A stretch of DNA of 64,000 nt from contig CAYHLZ010000001.1 in NCBI GenBank assembly GCA_964357635.1, positions 198,674 through 262,673 of the forward strand, given 5' to 3'. Below, piece after piece: positions 39,543 through 46,891 of this stretch (position 1 is the stretch's first letter; the number at the start of each line of letters is the position of its first letter). The position numbers and the translations under genes are program-made. Source of the stretch: an uncultured Candidatus Saccharibacteria bacterium (GTDB lineage Bacteria; Patescibacteriota; Minisyncoccia; Phycocordibacterales; Zambryskibacteraceae). The notes beneath the pieces are model-generated. The model made no database searches and was not told the DNA's origin. It saw nothing but the letters and a program-made list of their open reading frames with translations.

Positions 39543-39981
39543 GATATCTTTTAAATTTAATAACTTTACTACCTATAAAAATAATGCCGAATAAGTTAAA
39601 GGCAATACCAATCCAGAAAATTTCAATCTGGTACTGGGCAATGATAACAAGAGCTCCAGCAATACCTAATATAGGCACAATATTGGCAAGATAGTGGGCA
39701 CAGCAAGAGACCATCGAGAGAGTAGAAGTTGTGCCTGTCACCGCTACTGTCTTATCTTTCATGATCATGTTACCCGTCTTCACCAAATACTTCAGGTATG
39801 AGTACAGCCCAATCTGAATGCCGAAGCCGACTGACAAACTCACAATAAAATACCAAAAATTGGAAAACTGGTTTTGAGCGAAGTCCCAACCGGAGACTAG
39901 CGTAAGAACGGTAAAATAGACACCAAGTAAAAGTCCGCTTGCCAGCACTCCGTACACAATTGCTTTGACTGAATTTCCCAT
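39535..39981 (-). CDS. Membrane protein with a CCAHY motif; the real start is probably the internal Met, while the ORF runs to 40206
   Basis: The first 75 codons of the long ORF are low-complexity and overlap the upstream small gene. From MGNSVKAIVYG onward there are 4 TM segments. Confidence 0.4.
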   Translation of the reverse strand: MGNSVKAIVYGVLASGLLLGVYFTVLTLVSGWDFAQNQFSNFWYFIVSLSVGFGIQIGLYSYLKYLVKTGNMIMKDKTVAVTGTTSTLSMVSCCAHYLANIVPILGIAGALVIIAQYQIEIFWIGIAFNLFGIIFIGSKVIKFKRYHV

Positions 39982-40024
39982 AATTATTTTTGGGTATCTC
40001 TCACTATCTCTCTCCCCGAGTTTC

Positions 40025-40240
40025 TTATAACCCCTCGCGCTCCAGTTGGCGACGATAGATAGCGCAGATGCCGGCAGAGATTGATATGAGTGTGAGAATG
40101 ATTGCGTCGTAATAGCAGTGCTGTTGCGTAAATCCAAAAATAGTTCCGTTCTCACCGGCAAGCCACGCTCCAATAAGTGCGAGCGCGCCCCAAATACCGG
40201 TAACAATGGATATCCAGTGAATGAATGATGATTTTTTCAT
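40025..40240 (-). CDS. Small 2-TM membrane protein (71 aa)
   Basis: Two hydrophobic helices and a conserved-looking QQHCYYD. Confidence 0.35.
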   Translation of the reverse strand: MKKSSFIHWISIVTGIWGALALIGAWLAGENGTIFGFTQQHCYYDAIILTLISISAGICAIYRRQLEREGL

Positions 40241-40265
40241 ATTATTTATTTAATTTATGATTATT

Positions 40266-41225
40266 TTATATACCGCACCCGCCTTGTTGCCTCTTCGGTG
40301 TAACTGTTTCTCCCGTGCCAACCCCGCACCCGCCCTCTCCTCTTTGTTGCCCCGATTGGCTCACTTGGGCAACGATTCTTGCGTAACCTTGAGCGCTCGA
40401 ATAATCGGCACCAAGCACCTTTTGAGGACTTATATCTTTCCATTCGATTCCACTCTTTTCCATATAAGACCCAATAGTCACGTAGGTGTCCGGAAACCAA
40501 TAAGAATTAACGATGAGAGCAGCTTTCCACATATCCTCTTCGCTTGCGCCTTGTGAGGCCATAAGTTCAAGAAGTCCGAGCATAGCCATGCCGTGGTTAC
40601 AGTCGGGAAAATGAACAGAATTGGCGCAACAGGGTCTGTATATGCCACGCGAGATTCTCTCTACCAGAGACTGCTGTTCGGGCGTCAGATTAAAAAATGT
40701 ATGTTTGCTGTAGTGGTCCATGGGATCTCCTTTTGCGATAGTCCAGCCCCCCGTTGAAGCAAAATTTCCGGCTCCGCCGTAGGAAGGATTTGTCATCTCA
40801 CCAGTCTCTAGAATTGGATTTGAGTTCGCGAGCCCGAGTACCCAGAATAGATTCAGGAGATACCCGGCATTGTCCTGAGTAATTTTGAGCTGGCCGTTGT
40901 TCTGTCCGAGAAGCAGATTCTTGTATTCTTCGGTGAATGCGCCTCTTTTTTCGTAGATGGCCTTGAATTTGTCGGCATCAATTGCGCCTAGGCTTGCGAG
41001 CTTGGCGCCGAGATCACTCCAAGTAACAGGCAAAACAAATCCTTCAGGTGGTAGAACTTTTTTCTCTAATTCTCTGATTTGTCTTTGCTCTGATGCGCCA
41101 AGAGAGTCGGCTCTTTCTTGATTTATTATTTTTGAATCTGTTGTATAAATTAAGGCACTGGCAAGAATTGTTGCGGAAATGACTATGCTCGCCGGAATCA
41201 AATTGTTTCTCGAATCCAGTTTCAT
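40266..41225 (-). CDS. Membrane-anchored Cys/His-rich protein (candidate copper-binding), first gene of the operator-controlled ATPase operon
   Basis: N-terminal TM; PCCANSVHFPDCNHGMAM and C-terminal GGCGVGTG...GGCGI motifs. The promoter immediately upstream carries the operator palindrome. Confidence 0.4.
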   Translation of the reverse strand: MKLDSRNNLIPASIVISATILASALIYTTDSKIINQERADSLGASEQRQIRELEKKVLPPEGFVLPVTWSDLGAKLASLGAIDADKFKAIYEKRGAFTEEYKNLLLGQNNGQLKITQDNAGYLLNLFWVLGLANSNPILETGEMTNPSYGGAGNFASTGGWTIAKGDPMDHYSKHTFFNLTPEQQSLVERISRGIYRPCCANSVHFPDCNHGMAMLGLLELMASQGASEEDMWKAALIVNSYWFPDTYVTIGSYMEKSGIEWKDISPQKVLGADYSSAQGYARIVAQVSQSGQQRGEGGCGVGTGETVTPKRQQGGCGI

Positions 41226-41236
41226 ATATAAATAAC

Positions 41237-41257
41237 ATATACCCCCCTTAGGTATAT
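41237..41257 (-). promoter_or_regulatory. CsoR-type operator (copy 2) in the promoter of the ATPase operon
   Basis: Minus-strand sequence TTGCAA-TATACCTAAGGGGGGTA-TATGTT. Its 21-nt core ATATACCTAAGGGGGGTATAT matches copy 1. Confidence 0.65.
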
Positions 41258-41303
41258 TGCAAGTCCCCTATTAAAACTGGTGTGGATTACTTCTCCTACT
41301 TAA

Positions 41304-41453
41304 CTAAGATTTTTTAAAATCAGCCCAGAGAAACATTACGCCCAAAGCCAAGAAAAGACCCGCTTCCAACCAATTTTGTTTCTGAAAAGCTTCAATAAGG
41401 GCAAGGCCGAAAAATAAAACAAAGACAGCGAAATTTGCACCCAATTTATTCAT
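41304..41453 (-). CDS. Small hydrophobic protein (49 aa; MNKLGANFAVFVLFFGLALIEAF...); it is below the ORF-track length cutoff
   Basis: ATG to TAG, 150 nt, two hydrophobic segments. Found by manual translation of the minus strand. Confidence 0.3.
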   Translation of the reverse strand: MNKLGANFAVFVLFFGLALIEAFQKQNWLEAGLFLALGVMFLWADFKKS

Positions 41454-41504
41454 ATTTCAATTCTACCACTGAAAAAGAAGTGTCTTAGGTTTATTATTTA
41501 ATAC

Positions 41505-41533
41505 TTGACACTTTGCCTAGTATCTGCTATACT
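41505..41533 (+). promoter_or_regulatory. Sigma70-type promoter P1 (TTGACA-N17-TATACT) driving sRNA-like unit 1
   Basis: TTGACA at 41505-41510 and TATACT at 41528-41533, separated by a 17-nt spacer. Confidence 0.65.
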
Positions 41534-41539
41534 ACTCAT

Positions 41540-41728
41540 GTGGCTCTTTGGATTGCTCCTGGCGCTCGAAACATGTTAGACCTGTGGTTTGCAGACCGAA
41601 CCTTGGTCTGACAGGTTCCTCGATGATGTCGCCTTGAGGGACGACAAAGTCCGAGATAGCGCTTCGTTGAAGCTATACCGAGAACCATACTGGGCCCGGG
41701 GGCGAAAACTCCCGGGCTCTTTTTATTT
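41540..41728 (+). ncRNA. Candidate small non-coding RNA 1 (about 185 nt), family unknown
   Basis: Consensus promoter immediately upstream. An intrinsic terminator (GCCCGGGGG-cgaaaact-CCCGGGC then CTTTTTATTT) at 41692-41728. Several internal hairpins; no credible ORF. Confidence 0.5.
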
Positions 41729-41755
41729 GTTTGAAAAGTGCTTATTATTTGACAC

Positions 41756-41784
41756 TTGACACTTACTCTTGTGTCTGCTATACT
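41756..41784 (+). promoter_or_regulatory. Sigma70-type promoter P2, near-identical to P1
   Basis: TTGACA at 41756-41761 (a second overlapping TTGACA at 41749-41754) and TATACT at 41779-41784. The TCTGCTATACT block is shared with P1. Confidence 0.65.
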
Positions 41785-41790
41785 CCACAG

Positions 41791-42015
41791 TGGACTGGCT
41801 GAAAGGAGAGTGTCTTCAACAACGACCTGAATCGCTCGTCAAATCTTTATTTCAACACCAGGACCTGCATCATCATCACCGGCACTTCGACCGACGGCAT
41901 CACCGGCGGCGCGCCGCGCGACACGGCCGAGGGCACGAAGGAGTACTAGCTCCCGAGTGCACGGCCCCACGGGCCCGGGAAGGACTTCAAACTTCCCGGG
42001 CCTGTTTCATTTTTA
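41791..42015 (+). ncRNA. Candidate small non-coding RNA 2 (about 225 nt), with a GC-rich core, family unknown
   Basis: Promoter P2 upstream. Terminator GGCCCGGGAAG-gacttcaaa-CTTCCCGGGCC then TGTTTCATTTTT at 41972-42015. A convergent gene follows, so it is not a 5' leader. Confidence 0.5.
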
Positions 42016-42486
42016 AGAAATCTTCTCTGCAATCAATAATTCTTTTGTATAGATAGTGTCGGGAACATTTTCATATGGTTTTATCCCCTCTCCGATTGAT
42101 TCGGACACTTTGTGGTAAGTTACTTTTTGAACGAGTTTCCTCTGAAGCAGATAATTATTGAGCGTCGGACCGCTCGTCACTACAATATTGATGTCAGGTT
42201 CTATCGCCTCTTCGGGAGTGTTAACAACCTTGTAACCACTTTTTGGTTTAAAGTTTTTGTCTCTTGTAACTACAAATTTTTCTATCGGAAGCTCGTCAAA
42301 TTGCTTCCTTTCTTTATCATCATAAGTCTGTATCGCATCATAAGTCTTCCTGCCTATTAAGATGCGGTCATATTTCTTGAGGACATTAAGAGTGTGTGGC
42401 CAATAGGAGTCAGGGATAAAGTCTTCGCTCCCGTCTTTACGAGCAATATATCCGTCTTCTGAAATTACGTTATAGAGCGTAACCAT
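42013..42486 (-). CDS. Dihydrofolate reductase-like protein (RibD C-terminal/DHFR family)
   Basis: MVTLYNVISEDGYIARKDGSEDF...ILIGRKTYD...NIVVTSGPTLNNYLL pattern of the DHFR-like fold; 157 aa. Confidence 0.6.
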   Translation of the reverse strand: MVTLYNVISEDGYIARKDGSEDFIPDSYWPHTLNVLKKYDRILIGRKTYDAIQTYDDKERKQFDELPIEKFVVTRDKNFKPKSGYKVVNTPEEAIEPDINIVVTSGPTLNNYLLQRKLVQKVTYHKVSESIGEGIKPYENVPDTIYTKELLIAEKIS

Positions 42487-42492
42487 TATCTT

Positions 42493-43032
42493 TTATTCAT
42501 GAAATAGATGTGCATTTTCTAGATGGATAAGTGCGGTGGTTATGGCTTGTTTAGTATATGTAAGTCTATCTAATCTACCGTGAGTCAAGATACCGATAAG
42601 ACCTTCTGCTGCTCCAACATTCTTGTTTGTTGTTAATCCTGCTTCAGCTGTTGCATCAGACATATTCATTCCTTTTTCGTGTATCAATTTAGCAATGATT
42701 TTGGGTGGCTCAAAGGCAGAAGATAATCCGAGATGAATATTTTTACCATCATATATTGCACACACGCACAGATCCATAACACCAGTTTTTGTATGTGGCA
42801 CAGCCATGAGTCCACTTTCAATTCCAAAACTATAATCCCCATCTCCAATAGATACTTTTGCGCGATTAATTGCTCCTGTAATAGTCTCTTCCAACGACTT
42901 TGGTTGATCGCTTATGCCGTTGGGAACAGATACACCTTCAACCATGCTATTAGCTAGCATCGGATATTGAGTAATGAGTTCTTTAACAGCAGTAATTTTT
43001 TGAGGATTTAGTGAAGCTACAATAATTTTCAT
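42493..43032 (-). CDS. Inosine/xanthosine triphosphatase (YjjX, Maf/Ham1 superfamily)
   Basis: MKIIVASLNPQKITAV...GVSVPNGISDQP...FGIESG pattern typical of YjjX NTPases; 179 aa. Confidence 0.55.
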   Translation of the reverse strand: MKIIVASLNPQKITAVKELITQYPMLANSMVEGVSVPNGISDQPKSLEETITGAINRAKVSIGDGDYSFGIESGLMAVPHTKTGVMDLCVCAIYDGKNIHLGLSSAFEPPKIIAKLIHEKGMNMSDATAEAGLTTNKNVGAAEGLIGILTHGRLDRLTYTKQAITTALIHLENAHLFHE

Positions 43033-43045
43033 TTTCCTAATTTTA

Positions 43046-43567
43046 TCAACGAATACCGGTATCGCAAGAGATAACTATGTTCTCTACCCTATCAGGGCTG
43101 ACGGTAACCGAGACATCACCACAAGTTTTGGATATACCATTGTTAACGGCGTTGACGATGTAATCTCCAGGTGGCAGGTTAATCAAAAACTTTCCGTCCT
43201 TGCCACTTTTCATAGTTGCAAAAGTTTTCTCCGATGAAGCTCGGCGCACGACGACATCCGTCTCATATGGAGCGTCCGGACACTCCTCTCCGACACGCAT
43301 CACAGGACACATCGGTCCGCGCAAGATCGTACCTCCTATTCCAGACTGGTACGGCAAGATACCTGCCCCACCTCCACCAACACTAGGGCACTCCGCAAAT
43401 TCGCACCTAGGACCAGTACGGCCAACGTAGGAGCCGTCAGGGCAAAGTTTCGCTTCTTGGGTACAGAAAACTTGTTCGTCGCTCTTACTCCCTGACAACC
43501 CCACAAGTACGCCAAAAATAGCGAGTGTGAGAAGCGTAATGAGCCCAAAAATAATCTTTTTACTCAT
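43046..43567 (-). CDS. Secreted hypothetical protein with a C-terminal carboxypeptidase-regulatory-like beta-sandwich
   Basis: Signal anchor; Gly-rich linker; PGDYIVNAVNNG...VSVTVS. Confidence 0.35.
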   Translation of the reverse strand: MSKKIIFGLITLLTLAIFGVLVGLSGSKSDEQVFCTQEAKLCPDGSYVGRTGPRCEFAECPSVGGGGAGILPYQSGIGGTILRGPMCPVMRVGEECPDAPYETDVVVRRASSEKTFATMKSGKDGKFLINLPPGDYIVNAVNNGISKTCGDVSVTVSPDRVENIVISCDTGIR

Positions 43568-43573
43568 TTAAAA

Positions 43574-43747
43574 CTAATTTGGCTTGTGGAAGTGTTTGCC
43601 CACGTAGTACGGCCAGATGAAGAGGGCGAGAACCCCTTTCCAGAAAGGAAGATGAAGATAGCCAATGCTGAAAATCCACCCAATCATCCAGATAGCACTG
43701 CACGCCTGATTTATTTCTATTGTTTTTACTGTTTCTGCTATTTCCAT
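43574..43747 (-). CDS. Small membrane protein (57 aa), tandem paralog 1; below the ORF-track cutoff
   Basis: MEIAETVKTIEINQACSAIWMIGWIFSIGYLHLPFWKGVLALFIWPYYVGKHFHKPN; ATG to TAG. Confidence 0.4.
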   Translation of the reverse strand: MEIAETVKTIEINQACSAIWMIGWIFSIGYLHLPFWKGVLALFIWPYYVGKHFHKPN

Positions 43748-43756
43748 GATGAATTT

Positions 43757-43918
43757 TTAATTAATAAGCGCGAACTGGAGACCTAAGTAATACGGCCAGA
43801 GCGCTAGAGCTAAGAGCCCCTTACCGAAACTTAGGTGTAAGAAGCCAATAGTGAAAAGCCACCCTATAAGCCAAATTCCGCCCGTAAACACATGGTTTTC
43901 TATCTTTATCTTTTGCAT
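43757..43918 (-). CDS. Small membrane protein (53 aa), tandem paralog 2
   Basis: MQKIKIENHVFTGGIWLIGWLFTIGFLHLSFGKGLLALALWPYYLGLQFALIN; shares the GWxF(S/T)IGxLHLxFxKGxLALxxWPYY motif with paralog 1. Confidence 0.4.
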   Translation of the reverse strand: MQKIKIENHVFTGGIWLIGWLFTIGFLHLSFGKGLLALALWPYYLGLQFALIN

Positions 43919-43955
43919 ACTCTATATTATACAACAAACTATCAGCTATGTGGGG

Positions 43956-44144
43956 CTAATTTATCTCAACATTTTTCGCAAGAGTTTTAAATCTCTCTCC
44001 GTTTGATTGAACTACGGTAATAGTAATATGACCAGTTTTGCTCGTATTGATATCTTTAACCACACCAGATTTTCCTACATGTGTTCCCCCAATAACCTTG
44101 CACCTCGCGCCATCTTTTAGTTTTTTGTCTGATTTAAGTTTCAT
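43956..44144 (-). CDS. Small KOW-like hypothetical protein (62 aa)
   Basis: ARCKVIGGTHVGKSGVVKDI resembles a KOW motif. Confidence 0.3.
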   Translation of the reverse strand: MKLKSDKKLKDGARCKVIGGTHVGKSGVVKDINTSKTGHITITVVQSNGERFKTLAKNVEIN

Positions 44145-44170
44145 TGCTACGGAACTTGGACTAGGAAAAA

Positions 44171-44917
44171 CTACTTAATAAACTTCAGATTTTTTACTGT
44201 GGCGCCGCGCTCGGTCATCTGGGCCTGCACAGACACTTTTGCTATTTCTTTAAATTCCGCGGGTTTGCATACAGCTTTCACTCCTTCTAGACTCGTACAC
44301 TGACTTGTTGCGTCAAAGAAGAGTGGTACAACGTTACCCTTCACACCATTATCTTCAAACACTAAGTGCCAATTTTTAGGGTCAAATGGTTTTGGTATTG
44401 AACCCTTTAGTAAGTTACCCTCCTTTTCAAAAGCAAATTCCCTTACCGGCGGAATGTCACCCTTAGTACACTCAATTGTGTCTATGTACCAACCGCCATC
44501 CTTGGCAAGAGTTACGATTGCTGCCTCCGATGCGTTTTTCTCTCTAGACATTACAAGTAGTTGTGCCGCGTCAGCCTGCTCGAATACTCGCGAGGTTGTA
44601 ATTTTATCTGGTGTCTTTGTCGTGCACAAAACTGGATCTGGAGATGCGCCAAGAGTACTTTCCTTTGCAAGTCTGTCTCGAAGTTCTTTACTCAAAAGCG
44701 GAGACTTCATCAGTGTCACTCTATTAGGATCTGCGGTGGTCGGCTCTTTAATCGCCTTAAGCCACTGGTCATAGAAATTTCCGACAGTATCCACTGCGTC
44801 AAGAGTTGATACTTGCTGCCCCACAGAACCACCTTCGTCGTTCCTAGAGAAAAACCAAACAAGTCCCCCAATTACTATTAAAACTGCGACTACTATGATT
44901 ATCTTTTTTTTATCCAT
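44171..44917 (-). CDS. Secreted hypothetical protein
   Basis: N-terminal signal anchor; 248 aa; no recognisable motif. Confidence 0.35.
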   Translation of the reverse strand: MDKKKIIIVVAVLIVIGGLVWFFSRNDEGGSVGQQVSTLDAVDTVGNFYDQWLKAIKEPTTADPNRVTLMKSPLLSKELRDRLAKESTLGASPDPVLCTTKTPDKITTSRVFEQADAAQLLVMSREKNASEAAIVTLAKDGGWYIDTIECTKGDIPPVREFAFEKEGNLLKGSIPKPFDPKNWHLVFEDNGVKGNVVPLFFDATSQCTSLEGVKAVCKPAEFKEIAKVSVQAQMTERGATVKNLKFIK

Positions 44918-44984
44918 ATGTTTCTTTTAAGGATAGCATATATTGAACTGTGCTTGCTAGCTACGTGGTATAAAGTTGAAACTT

Positions 44985-45497
44985 TTATAGGAGCTCCAAT
45001 ACTCGGCTCCTCACTTCCTCCACACTAGCAACATCTGTTCGTAGAGTGATGGCGTTAGGGTTTTTGTTGGTTTGGTATAAATCATACATTTCCTTGAATT
45101 TTTCCTTAGAAGTGTTTGCAATTCGACTTTCTGGTTTTGTAAGTGCTGACAACACCCTCTCATCAAATCTGGTAGCACACACATCAAAATCCGCTTCCAG
45201 GTTAATTTCCACAATTTCGTATTTGTGAGCTACAGCTATATCTTTCAATTTCTCTCGCCAAACGCGAGTGAGACCAACATCGGATACAACATCGTACTGA
45301 AGGTCGAAAGCTCTTTCTGCCATAACAAGTAACATTTCAAGAATATCTTCTTTGTATTTACCTGAAACATAGTTTGAGAATTGCCATTTAAGAGAATCGT
45401 ATGAGAGATAGAAAAAATGCTCTTTTTCCTTGAGTACTCTTTTTATTATAGTGCTTTTGCCAGAGCAAGGACTGCCATTAATAATGGTTAGCTTCAT
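44985..45497 (-). CDS. P-loop NTPase/kinase (AAA_33 / zeta-toxin-like small kinase fold)
   Basis: Walker A GSPCSGKST at the N-terminus; 170 aa. Confidence 0.5.
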   Translation of the reverse strand: MKLTIINGSPCSGKSTIIKRVLKEKEHFFYLSYDSLKWQFSNYVSGKYKEDILEMLLVMAERAFDLQYDVVSDVGLTRVWREKLKDIAVAHKYEIVEINLEADFDVCATRFDERVLSALTKPESRIANTSKEKFKEMYDLYQTNKNPNAITLRTDVASVEEVRSRVLELL

Positions 45498-45534
45498 ATC
45501 TTTAGAATATCACGGGTTGCGGGACTTGGAATCT

Positions 45535-46044
45535 TCACTGAACGATTTTTCTCAGGACATCAGCAGTAATCCTGCAGTCCTCCAGAGCATCGTGTAGACC
45601 ACGAGGTTTTGCTCCAAAAGCTTGGAAAATTTCCTCAGAATTTATTTTTCCAGTATAGCCACCTTTTAACAAGTGAACATATGCAAGTGGCCAGATGTCT
45701 AAAATATGATAATCATAAAGTGTTGGGTCAATTCCAGCAGAAGATATTATTGTTTTAAAATGTCTAAAATCTAAATCAGCAACAAAAGACGCGATCAAAA
45801 TATCTGTTCCAAATTTATCAAAAACTATTTTACCAACCTCTGCTTGTGATAGAGCGCCTTCAAGCATTTCTTGTGTAATACCAGATATAAGTTTTTCTAT
45901 TTTATCGACCATGTTTGCATAAATATAAGAAGAAAAACTATCTTTTTCTTCGAGAGTATTTTTATCTAAGAGTATTGCACCAATTTGTTTGGGAACATGA
46001 AGTCCTTCAAAATCAATCAATAAAATATCCTTAGGAAATCTCAT
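45535..46044 (-). CDS. DEDD-family 3'-5' exonuclease (DnaQ/oligoribonuclease-like)
   Basis: Exo I motif LLIDFEG (the N-terminal acidic pair of the DEDD fold); Exo III HDALEDCRITADV near the C-terminus. Confidence 0.55.
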   Translation of the reverse strand: MRFPKDILLIDFEGLHVPKQIGAILLDKNTLEEKDSFSSYIYANMVDKIEKLISGITQEMLEGALSQAEVGKIVFDKFGTDILIASFVADLDFRHFKTIISSAGIDPTLYDYHILDIWPLAYVHLLKGGYTGKINSEEIFQAFGAKPRGLHDALEDCRITADVLRKIVQ

Positions 46045-46113
46045 TGATTAAATTATACCAAACTTGCGGGTTGTGGGACTTGGAGTCTTCACTACTGGGA
46101 AACCCTCGGGTAT

Positions 46114-46386
46114 TTATTTCATTAAATTCAACTTCTTTTCTCTGCGCCAACCTTTAATTTCTGATTCTCTCTTTCGTGCTTCCTTCAATGTATTAAACTC
46201 CTCTTTATATCTAAAAACAACTGGTCTTCTTAGTTTCGTATAATGAGCCCCAGATTTTGAGTTGTTGTGTTGGTCTAACCTTCTATTAAGATCATTTGTA
46301 CATCCAACATAGAAAGATTTATCTCTGCATTCAAGTATATAAACAAAATATGACATAAGAAGTTTCAGCCCCTCGTCACCCTTCAT
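46114..46386 (-). CDS. GIY-YIG nuclease family protein (UPF0213-like)
   Basis: YFVYILECRDKSFYVGCTNDLNRRLDQH matches the GIY-YIG motif; 90 aa. Confidence 0.7.
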   Translation of the reverse strand: MKGDEGLKLLMSYFVYILECRDKSFYVGCTNDLNRRLDQHNNSKSGAHYTKLRRPVVFRYKEEFNTLKEARKRESEIKGWRREKKLNLMK

Positions 46387-46472
46387 GAATCAGGGTTTCT
46401 CGGGGACTTCTTCTCTATATTTAGCTGGCCGTAGGCACTGATGAGCCTTCGTCCAGCGAAGGTGAAGAAGTG

Positions 46473-46543
46473 CTGCGGGACTTGGACTCGAACCAAGATA
46501 CTCGCCTCCAAAGGGCGATGTCCTACCATTAGACGATCCCGCA
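46473..46543 (-). tRNA. tRNA-Gln (anticodon UUG)
   Basis: Reverse complement TGCGGGATCGTCTAATGGTAGGACATCGCCCTTTGGAGGCGAGTATCTTGGTTCGAGTCCAAGTCCCGCAG. Identical to the tRNA at 5424 except in the anticodon arm; loop CTTTGGA. Confidence 0.85.
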
Positions 46544-46589
46544 ATGTAATACAATTTATCAGAAAAACCTCTAATTTTCCACACCCCCT

Positions 46590-46859
46590 CTATTCTAGTG
46601 TTCTCAAGAACTTCAGAACAGACTTTCCATCATTTGTGAGTGTGTGACGAACGCTGTTATTATCATTTCGCTTCATTATAAGACCCGAGATAGTTAGCCG
46701 ACGAATATGGTCCGCCCCTGTTTTATAATTAATCTTCAGGGCATCCGACACCTCAACCACAGATAACTCTGGTGATCTTGCTAATAATTCAAGGATTTCA
46801 ATCCTTCTGTGGTTTGAAAACCCTCTAACTAATCTTTCTAATTGTCTAGGCTTTCTCAT
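46590..46859 (-). CDS. ArsR/SmtB-family HTH transcriptional regulator
   Basis: Winged-helix region RIEILELLARSPELSVVEVSDALKINYKTGADHIRRL; 89 aa. Confidence 0.65.
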   Translation of the reverse strand: MRKPRQLERLVRGFSNHRRIEILELLARSPELSVVEVSDALKINYKTGADHIRRLTISGLIMKRNDNNSVRHTLTNDGKSVLKFLRTLE

Positions 46860-46891
46860 TGTATTCTGGTGTTCTTGAGAACATAAGAATG

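Noticed and set aside
39982-40206. First 75 codons of the 223-aa ORF at 39535-40206
   Set aside because: Non-protein-like composition, overlapping the upstream 71-aa gene in another frame; an internal Met start at 39981 was chosen. A frameshifted fusion of the two genes cannot be fully excluded.
41769-42056. 95-aa His/Arg-rich ORF (…HQDLHHHHRHFDRRHHRRR…) next to the copper locus
   Set aside because: It starts at a TTG inside promoter P2 and reads through the strong terminator hairpin of sRNA-like unit 2 with no RBS. The His-rich stretch is a by-product of the GC-rich CAC/CGG composition. It is kept as a refutation test for the sRNA finding.
46441-46647. 68-aa plus-strand ORF
   Set aside because: It overlaps tRNA-Gln(UUG) on the opposite strand; an artefact, like the ORF at 5335.
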